DNA of 63,450 nucleotides, counting the filler, from a candidate division NPL-UPA2 bacterium Unc8 (GTDB taxonomy: Bacteria; NPL-UPA2): assembly GCA_003574845.1 (NCBI GenBank). It is 4 parts of 4 records of this genome, joined end to end, with 100 filler letters (N's around TTAATTAATTAA, not from the genome) between each part and the next. Parts side by side here need not be neighbours in the genome. Positions count along the whole stretch, not along the records: positions 38,586 to 55,618 come from NDHY01000016.1; 3 more parts are not named here. One strand, written 5' to 3'. Below, one piece after another: positions 38,587-47,456 of this stretch; within the stretch, counting starts at the first letter, position 1, and every line of letters begins with the position of its first letter. A model generated the notes under the pieces. The model saw nothing but the letters and a program-made list of their open reading frames with translations. It searched no databases and was not told the origin of the DNA. The position numbers were made by a program, and so were the translations under genes.

Positions 38587-41103
38587 AAACAGAGGCAAAA
38601 AGGCAAAAAGGCACAGAGGCACAGAGGCACAGAGGCACAGAGGCACAGAGGCACAGAGTTTAGGAAAAACGAGAAGGGAGTAGCGCTGATTGCGGCAGTG
38701 ATGGTTACGGCAATCCTTGCCGGAGTTGGCATCTCTTTTGCCTTTAATATGAGGTTGGAAGAAAAGGCTGCCGCCAATTATCTCTGGAAGACCCAGGCGG
38801 ATGCCATTGCCCGGGGCGGAATAGAGCGAACCATCCGGCACATAACTGCTCGGAGAGACGAGCAGTTTACACATCTTGGAAATTACTCAATTGCTGTTAT
38901 TAATGAGCCTCTCGGCGGGGGGCTCACCGCCCGCAGCGAGGTTACAGTCCGCGATGAGGCAGGAAAGGTGAACTTAAACACCTCGGGTCATGGTCGCGTG
39001 GCTACTGCCTTTTCAAATCACCTTGCGAACCCGGGCATAAGCCGGGGATGGAGCACTGCTGAGGTCACACTTCCACCCATTGGCATCACCTCTACCACCT
39101 GGAGTAGGAAGTTTGGCAGAGATGGCCAGCCGGGAGTCGCTGGTCCGGGAGCCCTTGGTGATGACAACAGATTCCTACCCGGTGGTATTACCATTAATCC
39201 TTTTGGCGCCAACTCAGTCCTTGCTCATGATAGAATTGACAATGACGGTGACGGGGTTGTTGATGAGCCAAATGAAGGAGTAAATGAGCCCAGTGAGTTT
39301 GCCTTTGAGAGAGGAGGAAGGGTAACTCTGGATTTTGCTCATGTGGCGGATGACCGACCATTCATCACCGTAGGAGAGACTGGGACACCGGGAGTGGATC
39401 TATCTATCTTCACAACTCTTCACTCCCGCGACCGTCGCACCGACAAGGATGAATGGTGGAGGCCTGGAGGGACTGGAGGGGTAGGGATAGGAGGAACTAA
39501 AACAAATATCAATACAGCCTCCGCGGCAGGACTGCGGGATACTTTAATGGCTACTCTCGGACTTAGTACGGCGGATGCAGCCCGAATTGCTGTTAACATC
39601 ATAGATTTTCGTGACGCTGACAGCATCCCGACTACACTGGATGGAAAAAGAGGCATTGAGAGAACCCTCTTTATCAATGAAATAAAAATGAATAGATACT
39701 GGAGCCTCTGGCGGTTGCAGTACATGCATGAGGTGCGTGACTTTGAGCTTCATAACCCCTGGCCTGTAGCAATCACCGGACACTATCGTGTATACTGGAT
39801 AGACATAAGCGGTGATAGGAGAAGGCTTTTAAATGAAACTATTACCATCCCAGCCAGGGGTTTTAAGAAATTCCATCATGATCCCCCCTCTAATGCAAAC
39901 CCGGGAGGCCATATGGAGCTCTGGTTCCGGGACGCTGGATGGCACCAGATTGAGATAGTGGGCCTTTCGCCTACTAATTTTGACCGTCATTGGAGTGCTA
40001 AAAACGACCCGCGCGTGCCTGTGTTTACCTATACAGGCCCTAATCACTCATTGGGTAGAGTAAATGATTCACCGCCACTTCAGGACTTCAGGCCAACATT
40101 ATCCGGAGAGGTCACGATTCCAACCTATTGGGCAGGGCATTTTAACCACTTTAACAGAGGTTTTCACAATATCGGCGAGTTAGGCTACATTCACACCGGG
40201 GGGCAGTGGAGCACTCTTCGGATGCGGAATGTAACGCCTCCTGGCGCTACTACTGCACTCGCCCATCAGGGAGCGATACTCAGCCGGGTTACGATCGGTC
40301 ATCCCTACAACCGCATGGGTAGAATAAATATCAACACCGCAGAACGTAGTATTCTAACCTCTCTTCCTCAGATGGAGATTCAAGGTGTCCAGGCTGAAGG
40401 CATTCTTCAGAACAGACCATTTGGGACAATCGGGGATGCAGTTCCTCACCTTACTGCTGTGGTGGCAGGAGCTGCGATTGATGTCCGTATTACCCAGTTG
40501 ATGCAGTGGATCCAGGATGTTGTTAACTGGGCAATCCACTGGCCAAGAACCTGGGGCTGGCCACTCCGGGGCGTCGGGAGAAGCCTCCACAACTGGATGC
40601 TTGATGAGCTTATACGTTCCCCTATTGATAATCCCCCTATCAATGTCGTTATCAACCGTAATCCGGCCGATGGAAGAACATATGTTAATTTCTTTGCGAG
40701 TCCGCTTTCCACCTCAATTGTAAGAGGAATTAGCCTTAATGTCGTCAATGTTACCCAGAGTGTCATTACCTGGGCGCGAAACAATGTTCCTGGCTGGTTT
40801 GGCTGGAGGGAGAGTCTTATAAATAGATATCTCAATCCCATTACAAGAGCAGCAGGCACTGCTTATCAATTCACCCTTGCAGGTGATGACTTAGATGGAG
40901 ATGGCTTTCGTGGAGAGGATGATGAGCTTGAGACAATTGTTCGCTCGGTCTCCAATCTCATCACCACCCGCTCCGACCGCTTTGAGATTGTCTCCACCGG
41001 TTCTGTCTGGCGCGGGGGAGAGAAACTGGCCGAGAGCGGGATGCGTGTGATTGTCTGTAGAATCTCTCAGCCTGCAACAATTCTTCACTTTGAGAGAAGG
41101 TGA
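38587..41103 (+). CDS. GspK/PilX-like large minor pseudopilin (5' end cut by contig edge)
   Basis: NEKG|VALIAAV prepilin-like site, DEAGKVNLNT, repeated ININTA HhH motifs, DNDGDG Ca-binding loops, C-terminal NLITTRSDRFEIVSTG. Confidence 0.8.
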   Translation, partial: KQRQKGKKAQRHRGTEAQRHRGTEFRKNEKGVALIAAVMVTAILAGVGISFAFNMRLEEKAAANYLWKTQADAIARGGIERTIRHITARRDEQFTHLGNYSIAVINEPLGGGLTARSEVTVRDEAGKVNLNTSGHGRVATAFSNHLANPGISRGWSTAEVTLPPIGITSTTWSRKFGRDGQPGVAGPGALGDDNRFLPGGITINPFGANSVLAHDRIDNDGDGVVDEPNEGVNEPSEFAFERGGRVTLDFAHVADDRPFITVGETGTPGVDLSIFTTLHSRDRRTDKDEWWRPGGTGGVGIGGTKTNINTASAAGLRDTLMATLGLSTADAARIAVNIIDFRDADSIPTTLDGKRGIERTLFINEIKMNRYWSLWRLQYMHEVRDFELHNPWPVAITGHYRVYWIDISGDRRRLLNETITIPARGFKKFHHDPPSNANPGGHMELWFRDAGWHQIEIVGLSPTNFDRHWSAKNDPRVPVFTYTGPNHSLGRVNDSPPLQDFRPTLSGEVTIPTYWAGHFNHFNRGFHNIGELGYIHTGGQWSTLRMRNVTPPGATTALAHQGAILSRVTIGHPYNRMGRININTAERSILTSLPQMEIQGVQAEGILQNRPFGTIGDAVPHLTAVVAGAAIDVRITQLMQWIQDVVNWAIHWPRTWGWPLRGVGRSLHNWMLDELIRSPIDNPPINVVINRNPADGRTYVNFFASPLSTSIVRGISLNVVNVTQSVITWARNNVPGWFGWRESLINRYLNPITRAAGTAYQFTLAGDDLDGDGFRGEDDELETIVRSVSNLITTRSDRFEIVSTGSVWRGGEKLAESGMRVIVCRISQPATILHFERR

Positions 41104-41150
41104 AAGTCGGGTGAAGACTGAAGGCTGTTAGGGATGTAGAAGGAGATGTT

Positions 41151-41843
41151 GTGAAAAAAATACTCTGTGGGCTATTATTTTTTGTCTTTTTGACAGGGGT
41201 TTGTGAGGCATCGGGTGTAGAGGGTATTCTTAAGAGGGCAAGGGAAAGATATCTTAAGTTTCGGGAAGTAGCCACAGATATAACTATTCTGCGAACTATT
41301 ACTGCAGAAGGCAGAACAATGAAAGAAAAAATATATAAAAAGGGTGAGATGTTTAGAATAGAAGGGGAGGAGGATGGGGTCACCCGTATCCGTATCTATG
41401 ATGGAGAAAGCTTCTGGACGGTTATTCCAGAGAGAGGAATAAGGCAAAAACTGCCGTTGGAGGCAAAAGGAGATGCTCTTCTTGATAAGTGGTTTGATAC
41501 CTTTGGTAGAGAGGAGTTGAAGATTGATAGGGTGAAGAGAGACTTCTATGTGCTTGCCGGTAGAGATAATCTCTTCTTATGGATAGACAGGGAAACCCTT
41601 GCCCTCCTCAAGCTTGAGGCTGGAGATGAGGAGGAGAGGATTGCGGTTGCCTTTTCTAACTTTAGAACCATAGAAGGCTGGGGAATTCCTCTGACTGCAA
41701 GGATGTTGAGAGATGGCAGAGTCATTGGTTCTTTCTCATCTAAATTAGACCTGAGAACAGTGCTTTGTGATTCCCTCTTCTGCGCCGAAAGCATAGAGAT
41801 AGAGGACCCGCTACCTCTGGAGCCTCCACCACCACCGGATTAG
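41151..41843 (+). CDS. Exported LolA-like (outer-membrane lipoprotein-sorting fold) protein
   Basis: Signal peptide; KIYKKGEMFRIE..IYDGESFW..LWIDRET. Confidence 0.65.
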   Translation: MKKILCGLLFFVFLTGVCEASGVEGILKRARERYLKFREVATDITILRTITAEGRTMKEKIYKKGEMFRIEGEEDGVTRIRIYDGESFWTVIPERGIRQKLPLEAKGDALLDKWFDTFGREELKIDRVKRDFYVLAGRDNLFLWIDRETLALLKLEAGDEEERIAVAFSNFRTIEGWGIPLTARMLRDGRVIGSFSSKLDLRTVLCDSLFCAESIEIEDPLPLEPPPPPD

Positions 41844-41844
41844 A

Positions 41845-42047
41845 GATGCTGAAATAAATTCAGCATGACAAAGAATAAATTCAGTATGACAAAGAATAAA
41901 TGTAAATATTCAGTAAAGACGTGGTATAAAAGCAGGTTTGAAGGTAGCCGCAACCTTTAGGTTGCGTTACTTCGGCGCAGGCTGAAGCCTGCGGCTACCA
42001 GGAATAACGTGTTCACTGAATACTTACGAATAAATTCAGCATGACAA
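41845..42047. repeat. REP-like palindrome GATGCTGAAATAAATTCAGCATGACAAA with 21-bp tandem partial copies, interrupted by a MITE
   Basis: aataaattcag(c/t)atgacaaag x3. Confidence 0.8.
41902..42027. mobile_element. 126-bp MITE with GTAA ends and 8-bp TSD (IS66-like), carrying a REP-like doublet
   Basis: TIR GTAAATATTCAGTAAAGACGT / GTAAGTATTCAGTGAACACGT (18 of 21); GAATAAAT at 41894-41901 and 42028-42035. Confidence 0.85.
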
Positions 42048-42098
42048 AGCCAGGATTGTCACAGGGTTTGCCCTCAAGAGTAGGGTTAAGGAGAGGAA

Positions 42099-42818
42099 AT
42101 GAGAAAGGGATTTATTGTTGCATTAGTAGTTGTTACTGTTGCTTTCATTTTTTTTATTATGATTGCTCGCAGAGCAGAGGAGGGCCTCGTGGTTTCTCCT
42201 CCATTGCTGGATGAGGAGCAGATAGAAGAGATTAAGGCTGAGGCAGTCAAAGAAGTTGCCAGAGAGATTGAAGTCTTTCCTCCTGTGGAGGAAATTCAAT
42301 ATGAGAGAAGAGGGTTTTCGGAGTGGAAGCATACTCTTGAACATTCTCCTTCCTCTTTGGAACGAATGGAGGCAATAAGAGCGCTTCATGCATTTGGTCC
42401 GGCGGCTGTGCCGGTACTCATTGAGAAAGTAGAAAGGGGAGAAGATCGCTGGACTCGCAAATGGGCTATCTCCTCTCTTGGTGAGATTGGTCCGATGGCA
42501 AAAGATGCGGTCCCGGTCCTTATGAAAGTATTAAGGGAAGAGGAGTCGGTTCTCTTGAGGGAAGAGGAGTTGGTTCTCTTGCGGGAGACTGCTGCAACTT
42601 CTCTTGGTAAGATTGGTCCGATGGCTGCAGATGCTGTGCCTCTTCTCATTGAGACTCTCAAGGAGGATGAATGGCGAATGCGGCTGGCGGCGGCAGGCGC
42701 TCTCGGTGGAATTGGGCCATTAGCACAGGATGCCATACCGGCCCTGAGAGAGCTGCGGAATGATGAGAACGAGCTTGTGAGATTTCATTCCAGAGGGTCT
42801 CTTGAACGGATAAGATAG
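42099..42818 (+). CDS. Membrane-anchored HEAT/PBS-lyase repeat protein
   Basis: N-terminal TM; repeated LG.IGP.A.DAVP.L units; 24-bp duplication at 42534-42581. Confidence 0.85.
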   Translation: MRKGFIVALVVVTVAFIFFIMIARRAEEGLVVSPPLLDEEQIEEIKAEAVKEVAREIEVFPPVEEIQYERRGFSEWKHTLEHSPSSLERMEAIRALHAFGPAAVPVLIEKVERGEDRWTRKWAISSLGEIGPMAKDAVPVLMKVLREEESVLLREEELVLLRETAATSLGKIGPMAADAVPLLIETLKEDEWRMRLAAAGALGGIGPLAQDAIPALRELRNDENELVRFHSRGSLERIR

Positions 42819-42916
42819 GGTCAGGTCTCCACACTCCACACAAAATGATAGCCTAGAGCTAATTTTCAATTTCTAATTTTCAATCTCTAAGCCTTTGGAT
42901 ATTAGTACAAAATTCC

Positions 42917-42946
42917 CTGGATTCCGGCTTTCGCCGGAATGACAAA
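42917..42946. repeat. REP-like palindrome (GTCATTCCGGCGAAAGCCGGAATCCA type)
   Basis: ctggattccggctttcgccggaatgacaaa. Confidence 0.75.
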
Positions 42947-43022
42947 GGGGGAACCCTTCAACCTCTTTACCTTCCACCTTCCCAGAGCATGAGCCTGCCA
43001 TTTTTATTTTATGCATATTGAT

Positions 43023-43139
43023 TTAACTCCGCAACATGGTAGTCGCAGACTTCAGTCTGCGTTCCACCGACGATAATTCTACGCAACCTAAAGGTTGCGG
43101 CTACCAAAAATGTAACAATAATCATATTTGCGGAGCTAA
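43023..43139. mobile_element. Small element with TTA(A/G)CTCCGCAA inverted ends around a REP-like doublet
   Basis: ttaactccgcaa ... ttgcggagctaa; core GGTAGTCGCAGACTTCAGTCTGCG...CGCAACCTAAAGGTTGCGGCTACC. Confidence 0.6.
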
Positions 43140-43224
43140 CCAACCAATAACCATATTTTATTTTGCGGGTTTGGGGGAAGTATGGTATGATAGAACTGAT
43201 TAAAATTAAAAAAAGGTGAGTTTA

Positions 43225-43371
43225 ATGATGGGAAAGCGTTTTCTGATTTTTATTTTTCTTCTGACTTTCTTCTTCCCCGTTCGGGCGGGGATAGTGGAAA
43301 GGATCGTGGCGATAGCAGGCAATAATAGAGGGGTCAGGTCTCCACACTCCACAGAGAAGCTTAAACTCTAA
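43225..43371 (+). pseudogene. Truncated exported-protein gene (SurA-like N-terminus) ending inside a repeat block
   Basis: AGGTGA RBS; MMGKRFLIFIFLLTFFFPVRAGIVERIVAIAGN, then repeat-derived residues and a stop. Confidence 0.5.
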
Positions 43372-43536
43372 ATACGAAACTCGAAACTCGAAACAAACTC
43401 AAAACTCAAAATTACAATGCAAAATTAGAAATTGAAAACCAATTGAAAATTAGAAATTGAAAATTAATTGAAAATTGAAAATTGAAAATTAGAAATTGGT
43501 AATTGGTGTTCTGGTGTTCTGGTGCACTGGTGCACT
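43324..43536. repeat. Repeat mosaic (GGGGTCAGGTCTCCACACTCCAC, CTCGAAA block, AAATTG(A) heptamers, TGGTGTTC octamers)
   Basis: 43324-43407 nearly identical to 47242-47327. Confidence 0.88.
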
Positions 43537-43543
43537 ATTTAAA

Positions 43544-43825
43544 ATGGTAAGGACTACGAAGGTAAGGATTTTCGGGATGGAGTACTCTCTTAAAGGGGTG
43601 GAGAGTCCGGAGTATGTAGAGAGGCTTGCTTCTTATCTTGACAGTAAAATGAGGGAGATTTCCGAGAATTCTTCTCTTGTTTCCACGGTAAAAATTGCGG
43701 TGCTTGCTGCTCTACGTATTGCCGATGAACTTCACCAGGAGAGAAAAGCGCAGGGGCTGCCCCCTCTTTCTCCGGAGGAGAGAATCAAGGGGCTGATTGA
43801 GATAATTGATAAAGAAGTAGACTAA
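43544..43825 (+). CDS. zapA: Cell division protein ZapA
   Basis: VRIFGMEYSLKG..EYVERLASYLDSKMREI...KIAVLAALRIADEL. Confidence 0.9.
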   Translation: MVRTTKVRIFGMEYSLKGVESPEYVERLASYLDSKMREISENSSLVSTVKIAVLAALRIADELHQERKAQGLPPLSPEERIKGLIEIIDKEVD

Positions 43826-43897
43826 AAAAGGCACAGAGGCACAAAGGCACAAAGTTTATTTTATTGTTCTGGGTTTTCACAGTTGCCATTTTGTGCC

Positions 43898-45967
43898 TTA
43901 CTTTAAATATTGTTCGAGCTCTTCTTTGAGCTCTCCTATCCATGGCTCAATTTTCACGGCGCGCTCGTAATCAAGTCTTAACGCTTCCTTGTATTCGGCT
44001 AAGGCATCAGACTTTCTTTCCATTCTCTTATATATCATAGCGAGGATAAGGCGGTATCTCACCGAGGCCGGGAAATAATCGCGGGCTCTCTCAAAAGATG
44101 CCACTGCCTGATTCATAAGTGCCTCATCTTTTTCTCCGGACTTAGTCCAGAGAGCCTTTCCCAGGCTGTAATGGTAATGAGAGATAAATGGATTGAGCTG
44201 AATAGCTTCCTCAAAAGATGCAACTGCCTGATTTAAGATGCCCCCTCTTTGATAAATCATGCCTAATTGATGGTGGAAAACAGGGTTTAAGGGGTCTAAT
44301 TTAATTGCCCCTCTTACCTCAGATGCTGCTCTCTTTAGGTTTCCTCTCACTAAGTAAGAGTGCGCCTCCATTGAGTGCCTGTCAGCCAGCATTGGTCTTC
44401 TCACCATTACAATTGATGAACATAGGAGGAAAAACACAACAATCAGCGCTACTACTCTGAGCAGGTTACTTTTTAACCTGTAACTTAGCGGCAGTTTATC
44501 ATTATGCCTCTGTCTCTCTGTGCCTCTGCTACTTTGTGCCTTTGTGCCTTTTCTCGTTGCCATCACTACTCCGGCAAAAATCCAGACATAGGTGGCAATG
44601 CCTGGAATGTAGAGGTCAAAATATCCAAAACTGTTGATAAGAAAAGTGATAATACCTGCATAACAACCGAGGAGGAGAGCCTTCTCGGTTTTTTTAGAGC
44701 TTTCTCTGAACTTTCTCCATCCTGCTTTTAAGAAAGCCACCCCCAGCCACAGGAAAGACGCTATTCCCAGGATTCCCATCTCTGAGAAGACCTGAAGATA
44801 ATTATTGTGCGCCATACGCGTTTCTTCAGCGAAAGGAATCTTATGCTGAGCATAGAGTGAGGCAAACGTTCCCGGTCCAGAGCCAAAGACAGGATAGTCT
44901 TTAATCATCTCCCAGGTAGCTCTCCAGTAGTCAAGGCGAACCTCAAGAGAGGCAGACATAGACCTGCCCATCCGCTCAACCCCCGGGATGAATTCCCTGG
45001 TATAGGGAAGGAGAAGGAGGAAAGCCGCAATCACGGCAAAAGACAGGATATGAACTCTATATTTCCGGAGAGAAACGAGGAGAACGAGAAAAATTGCAAA
45101 AAGTGAGCTTGCCCAGCCCCCGTAGGAGAATGTAAGGTAGAGGCAAAAGACTCCACTGATAAAGAGAATTGCAGGAAATATCCTCTTCCAACCAGAGAGA
45201 TAAATAAAGAAAGAGAGGGCAAGGGGAAGAATCATCCCCAGGTAAGCGGCAAGAGCGGGGGCAAAGAGAAACGTTGAAAAAGCCTCACGTCCATAAAGAG
45301 CACGTCTCAGGAAGTCAGGATGAAATTCACTAATATCGTAATGAGCTATTAAGAATTCCCTCATTCGCTCCAATCCAAAGTAATACTGATAGATTCCATA
45401 GGCAATTACTAAAATGGCGGCAAGGAAAATTGCTGCAATGATAAAGGGTGAATGGTGACTGCCGACTGCCGACTGCCGACTGCCGACTGCTGACTGGTGA
45501 CTGGTGACTGGTGAACCGAGGACATTGACGATGAGGAGGTAAAGAAGCGGGTAGCTCAGGAACTGGTAAAGCTGCCTTACGCTAATGCCCCTGGAAACAG
45601 AGTAGATTGTAGAGATTATAAGAGCAATAGAGAACAGGAGAATTGGCAACGGGATTCTATGAATGGAGAGCTCCCATTTAAGTAGCATTCCAATTACCCA
45701 GAGCCCAAGGAGGACAATGATGAGGATTTGCGCATATGTATTTGACCACTCAAAGGTAACTCCACAGATGAGGGGACGAAAAAATAGGAGGAGAACGACT
45801 CCAATGAAAACTCCCGGAGAAAAGACTGAACGCTGAAGGCTGGTGAATGGTGAATGGTGAATGGTGAATGGTGAATGGGTGAGTGGGTGAGAAACCCATC
45901 TACCCATCAACTTATTTACCCATTTACCCATTTTGTGCCTTTGTTTCTCTTTAATAGCTTTCAGCAT
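43898..45967 (-). CDS. O-antigen ligase-like (Wzy_C) membrane protein with C-terminal TPRs
   Basis: LYLTFSYGGW, RLDYW..IKDYPVFGSGPGTF, AHNNYLQVFSEMGILG; TPR tail; start uncertain. Confidence 0.85.
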   Translation of the reverse strand: MLKAIKEKQRHKMGKWVNKLMGRWVSHPLTHSPFTIHHSPFTSLQRSVFSPGVFIGVVLLLFFRPLICGVTFEWSNTYAQILIIVLLGLWVIGMLLKWELSIHRIPLPILLFSIALIISTIYSVSRGISVRQLYQFLSYPLLYLLIVNVLGSPVTSHQSAVGSRQSAVGSHHSPFIIAAIFLAAILVIAYGIYQYYFGLERMREFLIAHYDISEFHPDFLRRALYGREAFSTFLFAPALAAYLGMILPLALSFFIYLSGWKRIFPAILFISGVFCLYLTFSYGGWASSLFAIFLVLLVSLRKYRVHILSFAVIAAFLLLLPYTREFIPGVERMGRSMSASLEVRLDYWRATWEMIKDYPVFGSGPGTFASLYAQHKIPFAEETRMAHNNYLQVFSEMGILGIASFLWLGVAFLKAGWRKFRESSKKTEKALLLGCYAGIITFLINSFGYFDLYIPGIATYVWIFAGVVMATRKGTKAQSSRGTERQRHNDKLPLSYRLKSNLLRVVALIVVFFLLCSSIVMVRRPMLADRHSMEAHSYLVRGNLKRAASEVRGAIKLDPLNPVFHHQLGMIYQRGGILNQAVASFEEAIQLNPFISHYHYSLGKALWTKSGEKDEALMNQAVASFERARDYFPASVRYRLILAMIYKRMERKSDALAEYKEALRLDYERAVKIEPWIGELKEELEQYLK

Positions 45968-46150
45968 TCCTGGTAGCCGCAGGCTTCAGCCTGCGCCGAA
46001 GTAACGCAACCTAAAGGTTGCGACTCTCAATTTTCAATTTTGCATTGTAATTTTGAGTTTTGAGTTTGTTTCGAGTTTCGAGTTTCGTATTTAGAGTTTA
46101 GGCTTCTCTGTGCCTCTGTGTAAAGTCACATCGCAAGACCTGACACCTAA
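45966..46150. repeat. Partial REP doublet, TTTCGAG block and GCAAGACCTGACACC module
   Basis: Reverse complement of the 41942-42005 core joined to the block seen at 5250 and 28583. Confidence 0.85.
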
Positions 46151-46152
46151 TT

Positions 46153-47232
46153 CTAGTTTCTTGCTTTAGAGACCTCAAGAAGAACAATAAGCCCGAAGAC
46201 CGTCAGCATCTGAAGCAGGATAATGAATGCACCTCCCCATCCAACATCTCGCAGTAGTAAGGCACTTATCCCGACGCAAAAGGTCAGTAGATAGATAAAA
46301 AGTACTGCTTGAGACTGAGTCATGCCAAGATTGAGGAGACGGTGCGAGAGATGCCTTTTGTCCGCCTTAAAAATTGGCAGCTTCTTCTTTAGTCTGATGA
46401 GAATGACCGAGGCAGTGTCAAAGAGGGGAACTCCTAAAATGAGAAGCGGCATCACTATTGGCAGGTGAGTGGGTGCTCCTTCAGTATAGAAGGTGCTCAG
46501 GATAACGAGAGATGCCAATAAAAACCCGATGAACATACTCCCGGCATCTCCCATAAAGATGGCTGCCGGGTGAAAGTTGTACCGAAGAAATCCAAGAATA
46601 GTCCCGATAAAGGCAATCAGGATGACGCTCACCAAAAACTGTCCTCCTGTAAGGGCGACAACAAGAAAAATCAATGAAGCAATGAGCGCCACCCCACTGG
46701 AAAGCCCATCCATATTATCAAGCAGGTTGAAGGCATTGGTAATCCCCACTACCCAGAGAATAGTAACGAGTACTGCCGGATAAGTTGGCAGGAACAGAGT
46801 AAGTCGGACCCCAAACAGGACAAGAAGAAAGGCGGCAAAGAACTGTCCTGAAAGCTTAATTTTAGGAGAAAGCTTCCTGACATCATCTATTAACCCCAGA
46901 ACCATGATAGAGGTTGCCCCAAGCAAAATTCCGATGAGTCTTCCATAAGTGACCTCTACTGTAGCGACTCTTTCCGCAATTACCTCGGGCAGAGAAGTTA
47001 GTAACTCAGGATTAATTTTCAGGAAAGACAGGATGCCGAGATTGATAATGACCGTCAGGACAAAGCCCGTATAAATGGCAATTCCACCTAAGAGTGGAAC
47101 CGGTTTGGATTTCCTCACTTCTGAGGGGTCAAGGATTGAAAATCTTATGGCTATCTTTCTAACTATGGGAACAAGAAGAGCTGAAAGGAGAACGGCAAAA
47201 GAAAATATGTAAATGTATACTAATATCCACAT
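46153..47232 (-). CDS. Undecaprenyl-phosphate alpha-N-acetylglucosaminyl 1-phosphate transferase (GT4/WecA-like)
   Basis: PLLGGIAI, GLIDD, NAFNLLDNMDGL, IFMGDAGS, HLSHRL. Confidence 0.9.
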   Translation of the reverse strand: MWILVYIYIFSFAVLLSALLVPIVRKIAIRFSILDPSEVRKSKPVPLLGGIAIYTGFVLTVIINLGILSFLKINPELLTSLPEVIAERVATVEVTYGRLIGILLGATSIMVLGLIDDVRKLSPKIKLSGQFFAAFLLVLFGVRLTLFLPTYPAVLVTILWVVGITNAFNLLDNMDGLSSGVALIASLIFLVVALTGGQFLVSVILIAFIGTILGFLRYNFHPAAIFMGDAGSMFIGFLLASLVILSTFYTEGAPTHLPIVMPLLILGVPLFDTASVILIRLKKKLPIFKADKRHLSHRLLNLGMTQSQAVLFIYLLTFCVGISALLLRDVGWGGAFIILLQMLTVFGLIVLLEVSKARN

Positions 47233-47241
47233 TTTAAAGAC

Positions 47242-47456
47242 AATAGAGGGGTCAGGTCTCCACACTCCACACAGAGAAGCTTAAACTCTAAATACGAAAC
47301 TCGAAACTCGAAACAAACTCAAAACTCTAAATGACAACTCAAGGCTAATTTTCAATTAATTCTCAATTTTCAATTTTCATTGAATGTTTCAATTTTCAAA
47401 TCTTGATTGTTTTATTCTGAATTCTGACTCCTAACTTCTGGCTCCTGACTTTGTGC
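47242..47456. repeat. Repeat mosaic sharing blocks with 43324-43407 and 57152-57260
   Basis: caattttcaaatcttgattgttttattctgaattctg occurs both here and near 57186-57222. Confidence 0.85.

Noticed and set aside
43826-43897. 6S RNA expected after zapA
   Set aside because: The spacer is only ~70 bp and consists largely of GGCACA repeats.
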